Below are positions 34,937 to 47,966 of a stretch of DNA of 64,000 bases, piece after piece. The stretch lies in assembly GCA_964035575.1 (NCBI GenBank), contig OZ037846.1, forward strand, positions 806,001 through 870,000. Reading direction: 5' to 3'. The position numbers were made by a program, and so were the translations under genes. Numbering within the stretch: the first letter of the stretch is position 1; each line of letters begins with the position of its first letter. A model generated the notes under the pieces. It ran no database searches and was not told the DNA's origin. It saw nothing but the letters and a program-made list of their open reading frames with translations. This DNA is from Rhynchopus sp. YZ270_cl-10 (Eukaryota).

Positions 34937-35293
34937 GGTACCCAGGTACCCAGGTACCCAGGTACCCAGGTACCCAGGTACCCAGGTACCCAGGTACCCA
35001 GGTACCCAGGTACCCAGGTACCCAGGTACCCAGGTACCCAGGTACCCAGGTACCCAGGTACCCAGGTACCCAGGTACCCAGGTACCCAGGTACCCAGGTA
35101 CCCAGGTACCCAGGTACCCAGGTACCCAGGTACCCAGGTACCCAGGTACCCAGGTACCCAGGTACCCAGGTACCCAGGTACCCAGGTACCCAGGTACCCA
35201 GGTACCCAGGTACCCAGGTACCCAGGTACCCAGGTACCCAGGTACCCAGGTACCCAGGTACCCAGGTACCCAGGTACCCAGGTACCCAGGTAC
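34937..35293. repeat. (GGTACCCA)44 satellite
   Basis: Perfect 8-bp tandem array. Confidence 0.98.
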
Positions 35294-37692
35294 ACGGTAC
35301 ACTGTGTACAAGGAAAAAAGTCGTGAAAGAGCAACCACAGCTCCACATGACAAACACAAAAGTGTCCAGTCACGTGGGGCATTCATGCACTGAGGAGATA
35401 ATGATCCAACAATTTACAAGAAAGATTACTTAACCTACTGCTGGAAGTTGCCAGGTCGTAGTAACACACAAGGTGTGCCTCCGTTCGGGAAGACCGGATA
35501 TTCTAGAGACCAAAAAGGCCTCAAGAATATCTTCCGGTAGTCAAGGTATAACCGAATGAACGGCCCAAGACCCCCGTGGAGAAGTTAAATGTTGTAATGC
35601 TATCAAGTAGAAACTGCGACCACTGTCTTACCCTCCTCAATACATGGTGGAAGATGTCTTTGACAACAAATATCCTGTACCCAGGTACCCATATTCCCAG
35701 ACCCACGCAGTACCATGTCGCAGTACTACGCAAAATTTACCACCAGACCCTGTCTTCGTGCACCTTAAGTACAACGCCGCAGACAGGCCAAACATGCGTT
35801 GGACTCAGAGGAATGCCCGCTGTGCAGGTATCATGAGAACCAACTCCCAGCAACAAGGGGCGCCTTTTGGCGGGCGTTGTTGAGGGTGTTTGGGGTGCAA
35901 AGTTTTCCACAATTTTGATGCGCGGGTACAGAAGTGTTGTCTTGTTCTTTCATCTCTAAGGAATGTAAATGTCAATCGCGTTTAACTACCACTAGGGCTT
36001 GTTCAGTGAACCCACGAGGGGTCGAAGGGGGTTGGTTATCCCGTATCTATCAAAGGTTGTGTCGACCAGGCGAATCCACTATGTTACGCTGTACGGGTTA
36101 AATCCGAAGAAATAACGCTTTAGCAGCCGCAGGAAGTTTGTTAAAAAGAGTGCCTCACGCTACACAAACCACCACCCGCGATTGACTTAGATGTTATAAC
36201 AAAGAGAATTCAGAACAAAACAACACCCTGCCCCATACACACTAAATTGTCATGCTTCGAGAGCATGCCTGGGCCAAAATTACTGTGACAAAAAGGCAAC
36301 AAGACCACCCACAAGGAGTGTGAAATGTGCACTGGATTTCTGGGGGAACGCAATATTTTCTTGTGCCTCGTCCTCCGCAAGCAGAGGACAGACTTTCCGG
36401 AAGGTTTCCAAAGTCGAATTTCTTGCACTAGCCATGCTCCCTGGGTTAAATGGCAATAGCAGTGACTGACAAAATGTTCCCACCCCCCTTCATCCGCAAA
36501 CTCAGTATTGATGCAGGTGAACGTGTGTGAGTTGAATGTCGGAGACGGCGAAGGTTCTCCTCGCACTCGCAGATGCTGTTCAGATTTCACGATCCTGTGA
36601 TGAGTGGAAATATGGGGTGTAGTTAGGTTATGGTAGCTTGGAAAATAGAAGTTAATTATGACTTCAAGAAAAATGGTTATCGAATTTGAGGATGTAGAAA
36701 GACAGGGATGCAAAAAGTAGTGTAAAACCCCCCATATGTGAAAATTGTATTTTCTGGGGGAGATAAAACCATACCTTGTCTGCACATTCACCATTTGTGC
36801 CAGCGCCTCTGAGGGATAGAAGCTGGTTCTGGATCAACGTGGACTGCTCTTAGGGGAACCGGGGAACCGTTCCCTGGTTCCCGTTCCGAAATGACCGGTT
36901 CATTATACTCCAGTTCCGGGGGTATCGGACTGTTGGGGCCCCCTCGCCCGACCCCCAGATGACTGGCATGACAGCACCTTAATTTTTTTCTGCTCGCTGC
37001 GCTCGCGGAAGTACACCCCAAAAAAATTTCCGCTCGCTTCGCGCTAACTTTTGGAAAAAAATCTGAAAAATCGTGCTTCGGGCCCAAAAAAACGCACCTC
37101 AAATAGGGTTACGTCTGGGGGTGAAAAAGCAGTGTTTTGTGGCATTTCCGAGCTGTGGTGGGGCATATTCGGAAAAGTGGACAAATTTTAGTGACTTAAA
37201 TTTTCACATAATATGAACCCATACTCCTAAACAAGGGCATTTTCAGTCTGAAAACCCAAATTCAGATGAAATTGTGGTGTTTTTGACTGGGAACAGGTAG
37301 CGCCGCAGGCGCACGGTACCCAACCTTTTTCCTTTCCCTTTTCTCTGCTTTCTTTTGATTGCGCGAGCTGATTGCTCTCCACGGTGGGGTCACATGTGTG
37401 TGTGAAAACACTCTAAAGTACCCGTACTCTGAACTATGAGATTCCTCTGGTTCTAGTAAAGAAACCCCGGTCTCAAAAAGTGCGTAAATATCCTTTTCCG
37501 CCCAAGAGGTCGTTTTGTTGCATTTCCGAAGACCCACCCACGAGACCTGTCAAATCTATGTGACATGTTATAAAATAACATCTAATCTCGCATGTCGTAT
37601 CACCAAAAACCCTAGTAACATTATCATCATGTGTGGGATGGTAGGTGTTCACATGACTCGTCACAACTCTTCACAACACAGTCTATGACATA

Positions 37693-38197
37693 CCGTCTTT
37701 TGAAAAATTATGGACCAGAAAAATAGGTCCATAAAAAAAAAAAATCCCAAAAAGTCCATAATTGTTCTGGTCCATCATTGTTCTAGTCCATGTTATTTCT
37801 GGTCCATCTGTGTTAGGCTTTTTTTTTTTGAACTTGTCCATTTTCAGACCCATTCCGAGCTTTCGGTACCGCACGTTGGCGGGGCATCTCGGCTCATATG
37901 TGGCCCGGTAGACCCATTCCGAGCTTTCGGTACCGCACGTTGGCGGGGCATCTCGGCATATATGTGGGCCCGGTAGACCCATTCCGAGCTTTCTCCCCAC
38001 ACAAGCGGTCGTCGCACGCGCTTCGCGCGCGCGACTCCCTGTCAAAATTCTGGACAAGTACAAAAAAACCCCACACATATGTCGGACCAGAAAAATAGGT
38101 CCATAAAAAAAAAACCCCCCAAAAAGGTCCATAATTGTTCTGGTCCATCATTATTCCGGTCCATGTTATTTCTGGTCCATATTTTTTCAAAAGACGG
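37693..38197. mobile_element. TA-target MITE with GGACC/GGTCC subterminal motifs and internal ~63-bp tandem units
   Basis: TA|CCGTCTTTTGAAAAA ... TTTTTCAAAAGACGG|TA. Confidence 0.7.
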
Positions 38198-40866
38198 TAT
38201 ATTGTTGTGAAAGAGTTGTGAATTGAAATGAAAATTTGTGTTCTCTACCCCGAACACCACCAGGAAAATTGAGCCTTTTGAGCCTTCTTTCGAGCCTTCT
38301 CAAGGAGAAAAAGTTTAATTTTCCCAGTTTGTAATTTTGTTTTGCCGTACAATTGGAAATGAAGCGTTCCTTGTGCTAGTGATCGAAGAAGACGGTGTAA
38401 TCTTCTTCACAGGATTTGATCTTCGAAAATTTCAGAAATCCTTTCCGAGCAATGTCGTAGGTTTCTTATGAGGCGTTCTTCTGAGCACCCTCATAGATAT
38501 TTGCTGCCTGCTTCTTCGTAGCCCTTCGCGATTTTGTGTTTTTGACGTTAAAATGCCTATGGGTGTTTTTTGGGGGTGAAAAAACCTCAAAAACGCGTTT
38601 TAGACCCCTAGAAAGGCTCAAAACTGCTCAATTCTGGCTGGAATTGCAAAATTGGGCACTTTTAGGGTATGACCAAAAAAATTTTCGAGAGTTCAGTTAG
38701 TACAGAGGCGCACCTTAGAAGGTTTTGACAGGTGATTTTTACTTGTGCACAAGTAAAAAGTTACTTGTGCACAAGTAAAAGTTACTTGTGATCACAAGTA
38801 ATTACTTGTGCCACAAGTAAACTATTTTCACAAGTAAAATTACATGTAAAACCACAAGTAAAGTCATTTACTTCAACGTCGTGTAATTGTGCAATCAACG
38901 AAAAAAACCCTTTTTCCCCTTTTACTTACCTATCAGAGCTACTATTTTTTTGGCGTTTGCGCTTTTCAACGTCTCTTTTGCTCGTTCTGTTATCTTTTTT
39001 TTTTTAGTCTTTTTCACACTTTGCTTATGAATCCAAATCTCATCCATCGCAACCATCAGGAACAACGCAGCCCACAACAGTCTTTGCATGCGAGAATCAC
39101 GTAGGGGTATTTGTTTGCTTTGTTTTGTTGCGAAGAGACAATATTCCCTTTCTCTGTAATTGGCAATTACTGGGTCGAATAAAGCACACACGTTTCTCAT
39201 TAGGTCCCTACACTGCAGTGTGGAGATACCTCACCATCCACGTACCTCTGCTGTATTCGATCCCCTCAGTAAGACGAGCACAAAAAAGTGCAATGATCCA
39301 ATTCTTTTCACCATTTTCTCATGCGAATACTTCCGATGTGTTGCTGCAAAACAAACAAACACAAAAACGTGCAGACAACGTCGCTGGCTGTCTTTTGAAT
39401 TGTCAAATACTCCAAATATGTGTGGCGGCCAAAAAAAGTTTGCCCCCAAAAAATGCTCATAAATCAACTTATTGGACGTCAAACATGTTTGGAGTACTGT
39501 GAAAAGTAGAGTACATACTATGATATGCTGTCTCTTTGCTAGCTGAGAAAGTATACATATTTGGGCGGCGAAGAGGGCCGCAGACTACAAAGCATTCACA
39601 AAACAATGGACAGCAAATGGAGCCCCCCCGGCCATGTTCGTTCGTAAGGACCCGCAAGGTACCCGTATCGATACGTCTGCTCAACAGTGTCACTGCACGT
39701 GCCCCACAAAGTTGCTGGACACAGAGTATAGGTTGCATCCCCAGCCACAAGTCCGTCAGTGTGCGGCGGGTCAACCTATCTATGTTCACCGAGTCCGCTC
39801 CCCGCTTCGCCGCCCCAAGCAGGCATGTCCAAAACAGGTTGGAATGGACTCACAGACCACTTTTGGGGTATATTTGTGCCAAAAGAGGTTTTGTGATGTC
39901 AAAAAAACATGCCGTTTTTTGTTTTTGTTTTTTTTCTTTCGCTCCCTACCCCCATTTATGGAAAAGCGCGAGATCGTGGAGTTTCATTCTTCTTTCTGGT
40001 TTAGCTTTCAACCTCGCTGCGTGTACCACATGAAAACGAAAGTGATAAGACGCTTGAATTGTTTTGTTTTGTCTTGTTTGTTTTGTTTTCAAGATGTGCA
40101 TACACGAGGGGGTACGTTCATCTAACAATCTTTTCTTTCCATAGTTTTTTGACTTTTTTAGTTTTTCATTTTGCTCCCTCCCCTTCTCAGGCAATGGACA
40201 GTTCCACAATAGTTCAGCATCCTCAGAACAGCTGCACTCGGGACACTTCTCACTTTGCCTGTTTGCGTGCAAAAGAAAAGAAAATGGTGATTTGTCGCCT
40301 TTATTGCATACAACCTCAAAATCGTTATCAAAATATTTCACTTTTTTTTTTTTTTTTTTGGTATCCTTTTCTTCCTCTGGAGACGTGTTGTTCACTTCAC
40401 TACGCACATGCTCGAGAGGCAAGTATCCCATGCCTCATGCCTCATGCTCAACCCGAAATACTAGAAAATGGGGTAACGATCATCCCGAACAACCGCCTCT
40501 GCAACGATGGGACAACCCCAACGTGTTCCGGCACGATAACGTTAACGGTAAAGACGTTGTGTGCAGAGAGAGGTGCACATTCACCTTTTTAGTTTCATTT
40601 GTTTCTTATTCTACTTTTTTGTGATGTTCTACGAGACCTGTTATTTTGCCAAATACTGTGCACATCACAGTTGTTCAAAAAAAGGTTTTATTGTGAGTTT
40701 TTTTTCTAGGTCGAGATCATTACGCGTGTTTTCTCTGACCGTCTTCCCCTCACGTAGGTGGACTCATATTTCACTCTACGTAGTTGGCGTTTGCGAATTT
40801 TTTTTTTTTTTTTTTTGATACCAACCATGCTTTTTTCTAAATCACGATCGCGATCGGGATTTTGGG

Positions 40867-40899
<33 letters not shown>

Positions 40900-42112
40900 C
40901 AGTTGTGCAAATTAGTACATGTGGGTTTGGTATTTTTTCAGAAGTGGTGCCACCACGTTCCGCAAGGAGCCCGATCTGTCAAAATAAGCACTTTTCAAAA
41001 AAAAAAAAAAAGTAGCGTACCGTGCGCCTGCGGCGCAGCTAAAATACGAGAGGTAGCCTACAGCTCTGTTGCGTACCGTGGCTTCGCCAGAATCTTTCGT
41101 TGTCAAAATATGGAAGTAAAATTGATGGCAATACTTTATTGAGGCGCCGATTTCCCGCGGTGCGCATTTTCCTGATGAGTAATTACCAACGACAGTGCCA
41201 TTTTTTCTGGCAACATTTTTATAAATGTTGCGTACCGTGGCTTCGCCAGGAACCTTTCGGTGCCATGACCGCCGTTTCTTACTTACTATTAATGTACTGA
41301 GGTTACTGATCAGAAGGCTGACACCCACTACGACTCGTGGTTCACCCTCCCCACCCGCCCCTCGATTTTGTGCATCAGAGGGGAGAAAGCACCTCACTTC
41401 GCCGCACTGGCAGGGAGTCGCGCGCGCGAAGCGCGCGCAGCGACCGCTTTTACGGGGCGAAAGCTCGGGACCCCAAATCACCCCCGTTTGGCCAAAAGGG
41501 GGATTGACGAGTGCCCTGCCCCTGCTGAAAAAATTGGAAAAATTGGGGGGAAAAAAAAAAAAAAAAAAAAAAAAAAAGGCGCGAAAATGCTCAAAAAGCA
41601 GGTTTTTTTAGTTTTTTTTTTTTACGATCGGTCACCCCAAATTTTGGGGAAAAACCACCGATCGGGCGACAAGCATGATACCAACAATACGAAGGAACCT
41701 AAGAACTGCAGAATTTTTTTTTTTGACTTTTTCTCCCCCCTCGCATTGTTATTCAGTGGTGGATAACCGTATTCCGGAGTGTGGTTTCTTGACCACCAAA
41801 ATAATAAATGATGGCGTTACCGCTGGGTCAGGGGGGAAAGTGCGGAGGGAGTATTCAGTTGTGCCACCCTCCCCTGTAAAATTGTGCATTTTTCTTTAGC
41901 ATTTTCTGTTCTATTGGTGTTCCAGAAAGTGCGTCAGTAACCTCGTCAGCGACCTTTTGTCCGTTTTGAGGGTGTGTGTGTGTGTTTGATAACGGGTTTA
42001 GAGTGGGTAACGCCTGAACGGAGTATGGCCCACTTGTCACTTCTACCAGCCATATTGAGGGAGAGGCTACGGCTTATTGATACGGTTTTGGTGACTCCTT
42101 ACGTATAAAATA

Positions 42113-42114
<2 letters not shown>

Positions 42115-42152
<38 letters not shown>
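42115..42152. repeat. (GT)19 microsatellite
   Basis: Direct observation. Confidence 0.95.
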
Positions 42153-42153
<1 letters not shown>

Positions 42154-43006
42154 AACACTAATCCACCTTTTTATGTCAGCGACTTTGTCAGTTCAGCCTT
42201 TTCGTGAACGCCAATAGAGTGGCTTTCTTTTAGATTTATGTGTTGTATTTTCTATTTTCCCCCTTTCTTCTTCTTCTTCTTCCTCTGCCTTTGTGAGGTT
42301 GTGTGCACAGTGTGTGCTGTGCACACCATCTCTCCTTGTGAAACCCACCCCTTCTCTTCATCTTTATATCATCCACCTAGGACTAAACTGAGTTCATTTC
42401 CCTTCCCTCTTTTATTTACTTTGTTGTGTTTTTATCCGAATGGCTGGCATCCTACAATGATTCGGTCGGGAGGTGTCTGCTCTATAACTATTCTATTTTT
42501 ATTTTTATTTCTATTTTTTGTTTATTTTTTTGAACCGAACGTAAAAGCGAAATCTATCTCTTGTGGAAAATGTGTGGATCGTGTCAGTGAAGTGCTCTCT
42601 GGGGGTTCGGTAACCCGTTCAGAGAAGGACACCCTTGTGGTCTCGATGTGGCCCAATTTCTATCCGAGAGCGAAGCCCTCTTTTGTTACCTTCTGAGCTT
42701 CTTATTCGGAGTAGGGGCGTTGTTTTGCACGCTTTTCACCTTATCGCTGCCACTTTGTTATCTTTGGTCTCTTTGTGTGCTGCCCCTGTATGTTCCCTGA
42801 AGAAGAACAGCACACATGCCACAACCACTCCTGTACGTCCGATTATGCCAAATGGTGCTCCACTTCTGATATGAACACCCAAATCTACGACAGAAAACTG
42901 GGAAAAAAAAGCACAACAATTCTGTTCGGGTTTACGTTTTTGTCGGACCCCATCCCACCCCCCACCACCACCACCCCATACACCTTCAGATTGGTTTACG
43001 CACTAA

Positions 43007-45763
43007 ATGGGTGTCAAGCAATGTGCGCTGCTGCTGCTGCTGTGCGTGGGTGTGTGCGGTACGCAGCAGTATGATGGCGTGGAGGTGTCGCTGCTGACGC
43101 TGAGCTACATGGTCGACACGTTCGAGGTGCATGCACCGAAGTGGGAGGCACTGACGGGGGCGAAGGTGAAGTTCCGATTAGCAGACAACCTGCACGGACT
43201 CATGGAGGAGATCAACGCTCAGGTGGAAAGTGGCTTTGGGGACGACGCATACCTCTTCACATCGACGGTGATGCCCGAGCTTGCAGACAAAGGCTACCTC
43301 GCAGACCTGACAGACCTCGTGGACGAAGACGTGCAGCTCGACTGGACAGACATCGTTCCCTTCATCCGCAGGAACAACGTTGGCTTCAACCGCCGTGTGT
43401 ACGGTCTGCCCTTCGACGGCGACGCGCTTGTGCTTGTGTACAGAGACGACCTCGTGGCAGGACCTCCCAAGACCCTGGAGGAGCTTGTCGACGAAGCGGT
43501 GCGTCTCAACGGCAAGGACCTGAACAACGACGGCATCCCTGACTCAGGCTGGTGTGAGTGCTGGGCGCCTTCCGACGACGGGACTGTGTACTACATCATG
43601 GGGGACATGCTGATGAATGCGGTGACGCCGTATCTGCAGTCGAAGGGGTCCGACCAGGGTGCCTTCTTCAACCCAGAGACACTTGATGCTCTTAGTTACA
43701 CGAGCGCGTGGAAGAAGGCCTTTGCGTTGTTGATACGTCTTTACAAAGAAGGTTCCGACCCTGTCAGGAACAGATGCGACGGACGTGATGATGGAAATCG
43801 TTACTCACATTCTGGACGTATGTTCCAGAACGGGACATGTGCATTCCATTCGTTTTGGTCTAGTAATGCAATGGTGAACGCGATGACGGGAAAACATGGC
43901 AACTATTCCCGTCCGTACCTGAAGCACTCTGTGTTCCCAGGATCGACAGAAGTGGACGTAGATGGGGTGCTGACGGAGTGCACAAAAGAGATCTGTCCGC
44001 ATGCAAAACGCAGGGACGCGTACGGACGCCTGGTCAACTCTGCTCCCTTTGCTGCTTACGGAGGCTTCATCGGTGCTATCGCAAACCACAGCAAGAACGT
44101 GCAGGCGGCGTACGACTTCCTCTCCTACTGTAACCGTCCAGAGAACTCTGCTTACGACGTTGTGCTTGACGATGGGATGGAGCCGTGGCGTATCTCACAG
44201 CTTCTTCCACAGCTGTGGGAGTCGAAGATACCTTCGTACCTTGTTTCTTCGTTTCTGTCCACAACACGCGAGATCCTCAACAACGAGAACGTTGTGATCG
44301 ACCTCCGCATCCCAGGTGCTGCCGATTTTATCACAGATGCAGGCAAGGTCGTGGACATGGTGATGCGTGATAAGATACCTATTGAGGCCGCACCACAGGC
44401 CCTGAAGGATGCGTGGGACGCTGTCATCGAGAAGCACGGTGGACGTACACGGTTGTTGCCACTTTACAGAAAGTCGCTGAATTTGCCGCCCTTGCAGACG
44501 GGGGGGCTGCTTCGCATTGGCAGTGACTTCAGCCTGGAACTGTACCAGGTTGCGCTTATTATTGTTGGTAGCATGGTGATTGTTGCGATTATTGTGTTTG
44601 CTGTGTGGCGCGCGCGGCGGAGCCACAATATGTATGAAAAACAGTTCAACAATAACATTGTTGCTGAACGTTGTGCCGCTTCGATAGCGAGCATGGACTT
44701 TGAGAAGGTGGAGTATCTGCACCTATTAGAAAAGCCGAACGGCATCCAGCAGGCCTTCATCCAGATCATCAGACGCATTCAAGAGTACAAAGCATACATG
44801 CCGCAGTCTCTGTTTGCGGAGGACTACCCTGAACAGGATATTTCCGAGGTAGCTTCGCTCGCACAGACCGACTCCTTGTCGTCCTCCGTCATGTCCGCCA
44901 ACGGGTTAACTGCCGTTACCAGCTTCGTCAGCGCACAGAAGGTGACACAACAGCTGCAGATGGCTGGGTCGAAGAAGAAGGTGTCGGTCTTCTCTGTGCA
45001 CTGTGCGACGCCCAAGCGGGGTGAGGTGGGGGACATCTGCAAGACCTACAACACGATCCTTGACGCGCTCTCCTCAGTAAACACCGCTAGCTACGGTGGT
45101 GTGCTTCTGTACACCACTGGAGACTACACAACCGTGGCGCTCAATGCCGCAGCACTGTGCGCAACCCACCAGGTCAAGGCATGCCACATAGGCATCATGT
45201 TCCTGGAGCTCATTGGGGGACTTCTGCACGACGTTGCGTTGGGCCTGGGTGTGGCGTCTGGGCTGTCTGTTGTCTCAAACTGTGGGACGCGCAATGTGAA
45301 GGCCTTCCTGTGCATCGGTTTTGTTCTCGAAAAAGCGCAGTTCTTGTCGAAGAGTTGTCTGAACTTTGCATCGGGTTCGCGGCTGTTTTTTGCAGATTCG
45401 TGTGTTGCGGAGTCGATTCATGGGCAAATTAGGTCGGAGCCTTTTGGCGTGCTTCCACATGCGTTTAAGGCGCACGATAAGGAGCAGATTATATACAGGA
45501 TAATCGAGGTGCAGCAAGCATCGCACGGCAACGAATGGATGTACGAGCTGATGGACGAAGAGTCTGCAGCAGCGAAGGCATTTGCCTCGCTGAAGGAGGG
45601 TGCTGACAATACAGAGGCGCTAGCGAGGGCGACAGAGTTCTACAGCAAGCAGACCGCACCTCTGCACAAAGAGCTTCTGCAGGTCCTCTCACTGCGCTTC
45701 GGAGTGAACAATTATAACAATAGTACCAATAATATCAATATGAATGCTTCGATAAAAAAATAA
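43007..45763 (+). CDS. Receptor-like membrane protein: signal peptide, extracellular sugar-type solute-binding domain, TM helix, degenerate class III nucleotide cyclase-like domain (918 aa)
   Basis: SBP family 1-like motifs (LADLTDLV, VYGLPFDGDALVLVYRDDL, PKTLEEL, AAYDFLSY); TM VALIIVGSMVIVAIIVFAVW; cytosolic YKAYMPQSLF, TGDY, GLGVASG, EWMYEL. Confidence 0.85.
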   Translation: MGVKQCALLLLLCVGVCGTQQYDGVEVSLLTLSYMVDTFEVHAPKWEALTGAKVKFRLADNLHGLMEEINAQVESGFGDDAYLFTSTVMPELADKGYLADLTDLVDEDVQLDWTDIVPFIRRNNVGFNRRVYGLPFDGDALVLVYRDDLVAGPPKTLEELVDEAVRLNGKDLNNDGIPDSGWCECWAPSDDGTVYYIMGDMLMNAVTPYLQSKGSDQGAFFNPETLDALSYTSAWKKAFALLIRLYKEGSDPVRNRCDGRDDGNRYSHSGRMFQNGTCAFHSFWSSNAMVNAMTGKHGNYSRPYLKHSVFPGSTEVDVDGVLTECTKEICPHAKRRDAYGRLVNSAPFAAYGGFIGAIANHSKNVQAAYDFLSYCNRPENSAYDVVLDDGMEPWRISQLLPQLWESKIPSYLVSSFLSTTREILNNENVVIDLRIPGAADFITDAGKVVDMVMRDKIPIEAAPQALKDAWDAVIEKHGGRTRLLPLYRKSLNLPPLQTGGLLRIGSDFSLELYQVALIIVGSMVIVAIIVFAVWRARRSHNMYEKQFNNNIVAERCAASIASMDFEKVEYLHLLEKPNGIQQAFIQIIRRIQEYKAYMPQSLFAEDYPEQDISEVASLAQTDSLSSSVMSANGLTAVTSFVSAQKVTQQLQMAGSKKKVSVFSVHCATPKRGEVGDICKTYNTILDALSSVNTASYGGVLLYTTGDYTTVALNAAALCATHQVKACHIGIMFLELIGGLLHDVALGLGVASGLSVVSNCGTRNVKAFLCIGFVLEKAQFLSKSCLNFASGSRLFFADSCVAESIHGQIRSEPFGVLPHAFKAHDKEQIIYRIIEVQQASHGNEWMYELMDEESAAAKAFASLKEGADNTEALARATEFYSKQTAPLHKELLQVLSLRFGVNNYNNSTNNINMNASIKK

Positions 45764-46087
45764 ACCACCCTGATTTTTTAGGGGCGGTAATCTGCGCAAA
45801 GATTATGGATGGAGGAGAGTGTTTTTTTTGAGACAATTGCAAAGGTTGTAGGGGAGGAAATGAAAAACATATCTGAGTGTGCCCGAATTTTTTTTTTTTT
45901 TTGGTGTGAGCGATGTAAACATGACAACAACTAATATTCACAGAAAAGTTTTTTTTTTTGATTTTGTCCCTGCACACTCCACAAAAATCCGGTGTGATCA
46001 GCGAAACATTATTTTTCTGATTTCGTTTCTTTCTTTATCAGACTAGCTTAAACTCAGGTAACAGTTTTTTATTTTTGTATATGGACT

Positions 46088-47966
46088 CGTCCGGAAACCC
46101 CTCTGGTAAGATTCATCCTTTTGGGTATTTTTGGGTTTTTTTGATGATGTCCCCCACAAAAAGTGCATCTAGGTGATATTCTGATATGGGAGCGTCCGCG
46201 AAAGACCCCCCCCTAAAGCTAACATCCATGCTTATTGGTATTTCACTAATTAAAATTTTGGTATTTTATAAGATTTTTTTTTACAATGAACTCAGAGTTA
46301 AGTTTCTGAGTTCATTAAAAAAAAAATCGGTGAAAAATTCCGAGTAGGTATTAATTTAGATAGGAAAAGCTATGTCAGCAGCTATGTGTCCCCTTATTTT
46401 ACCTGTAAATACTAAGGATATAGGAAGGAATTCACTAATATCTGTCTCTAAACCCATTATCAAAAAGGGGGGGAGGAAAGGGGGGGTGGAGGCTTGTCGC
46501 CCCCTCCGAACACTCTAAATAGAGCGCGAAAGAGCTTCACGCTCCGGGTCGTCTGCGGCGATGTCGACTTTCTCGCAGAAAACCCCCTTTTTTGAGTGAC
46601 CCTATTGACCTCCGTGATGAGTCTCTCCAAGAGTTGCAGACAATTGTCCGCCTGTTCCTCCTCTTCCTCCTCCGTCTCGCTGTCACTGTCCTGAGGGTGT
46701 CGCTGATGCAACTACAGGAGTAGTAAACGGCGGACACCCCTTTTCTCCTGGTGGTTGTCTTCTGCATATGGAGGGACATATGCTTCGAGCTACACACCTC
46801 GCGCATCCAGCTCCTCGCGCCCCACCCTTTGCCCCCCTGCCAGTGGACCCCTGCATACACCTGCAGCTCGGCGAAGTTTTTTAGGCCTCGGAAAGGCCGG
46901 GTTTTCAGCTCCTGAGCGAATGCTTTGGCTGGTGATTACATTTCCCCCTGTTGTGTTGTTCTATGGGTGGTTATATGGGTGTTTGTGAGGATTTCCTTGT
47001 ATATCCTTAGTATTTACAGGTAAAATAAGGGGACACATAGCTGTTGACATAGCTTTTCCTATCTAAATTAATACCTACTCGGAATTTTTCACCGATTTTT
47101 TTTTTAATGAACTCAGAAACTTAACTCTGAGTTCATTTTAAAAAAAAATCTTATAAAATACCAAAATTTTAATTAGTGAAATACCAATAAGCATGGATGT
47201 TAGCTTTAGGGGGGGGTCTTTCGCGGACGCTGCCATATGAAAATAGGTTTTTGGGGGGGTCTGAGGCTATATTTTCGCTTTTTTAATCAGATTTTCAGCC
47301 TTTTATTGTCGTTCTTCTGGATCTCTTCTCTCTTTCTCTTAATCCTGCCATGCCGCCTTGACAAGGTTTCATTGACCTCTGTCAAATCTACTGGGTCAAT
47401 GCCAGGGACTTTTGCTTTGCGGGTCACCTTGGATGTGGAGACTCCATAGTAAATAAAGGTTCCCTCCGTGTCAGAGTACACGCTGAAATGACACGACCGT
47501 TGCTCGGGTAGCAGTACACAGAAGAAAAGAGATTGATGGAAAGAAGGGTGCACTGATACGTATGAGTACGAGGGAATGAGATAACAAAGGCCTCTGTGTG
47601 GGGAAGCTCGCGCAGGGCACCGACAATGACCCCTACGGTAAGGATCTCCTGACAACAAGAATCATCAGAGAGATGGTTCGAAACGACACCAAGTGTGCGT
47701 CGCACCCATTCTTACCGTGTTTCTCGACAAAAAAGTGAACTTCACTGCTGTCATTGCCACGTTTATGAAATGTCCAAAAATACGTAAAAAAATATAAGTA
47801 AAAAGGGGGGGAGGGGAAATAAACAAAAAATAAATGCCCAAAATATGCCCTCTGGGGTGGTAGGTGTATGGTGGGTATCAAAAAATTGGGTTGTTTGGGT
47901 GTTTTGAGCAGAAAAACCTCAAAAAACCCCCAAAAGGATGAATCTTACCAGGAGGGTTTCCGGACG
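46088..47966. mobile_element. TIR element (~38-bp TIR) with decayed coding remnant, interrupted by the long-TIR element
   Basis: CGTCCGGAAACCCCTCTGGTAAGATTCATCCTTTTGGG and its near-exact inverse at ~47929-47966; basic ORF remnant 47287-47460 (-); TSD unclear. Confidence 0.7.
46188..47234. mobile_element. Long-TIR transposon with 4-bp TSD, copy 2 (inverted relative to 18130-19177)
   Basis: TSD ATAT; near identity to copy 1. Confidence 0.9.

Larger units (their letters stand above)
34749..38883. mobile_element. 4.1-kb CACG-terminated composite element with subterminal repeats (EnSpm/CACTA-like)
   Basis: TIR CACGACGTTGAAGTAA; TA on both sides; arrays of TTACTTGTG/CACAAGTAA at both ends; empty-site paralogue at ~48320-48385. 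Confidence 0.78.

Noticed and set aside
34854..35393. Repetitive ORFs over satellites (also 48802-50245, 53093-53597, 55394-56023)
   Set aside because: Stop-free only because the repeat units lack stop codons; no coding evidence.
38889..42900. Cluster of 60-190-aa ORFs
   Set aside because: Poly-A/T-rich with no motifs and no consistent exon chain that I can support.
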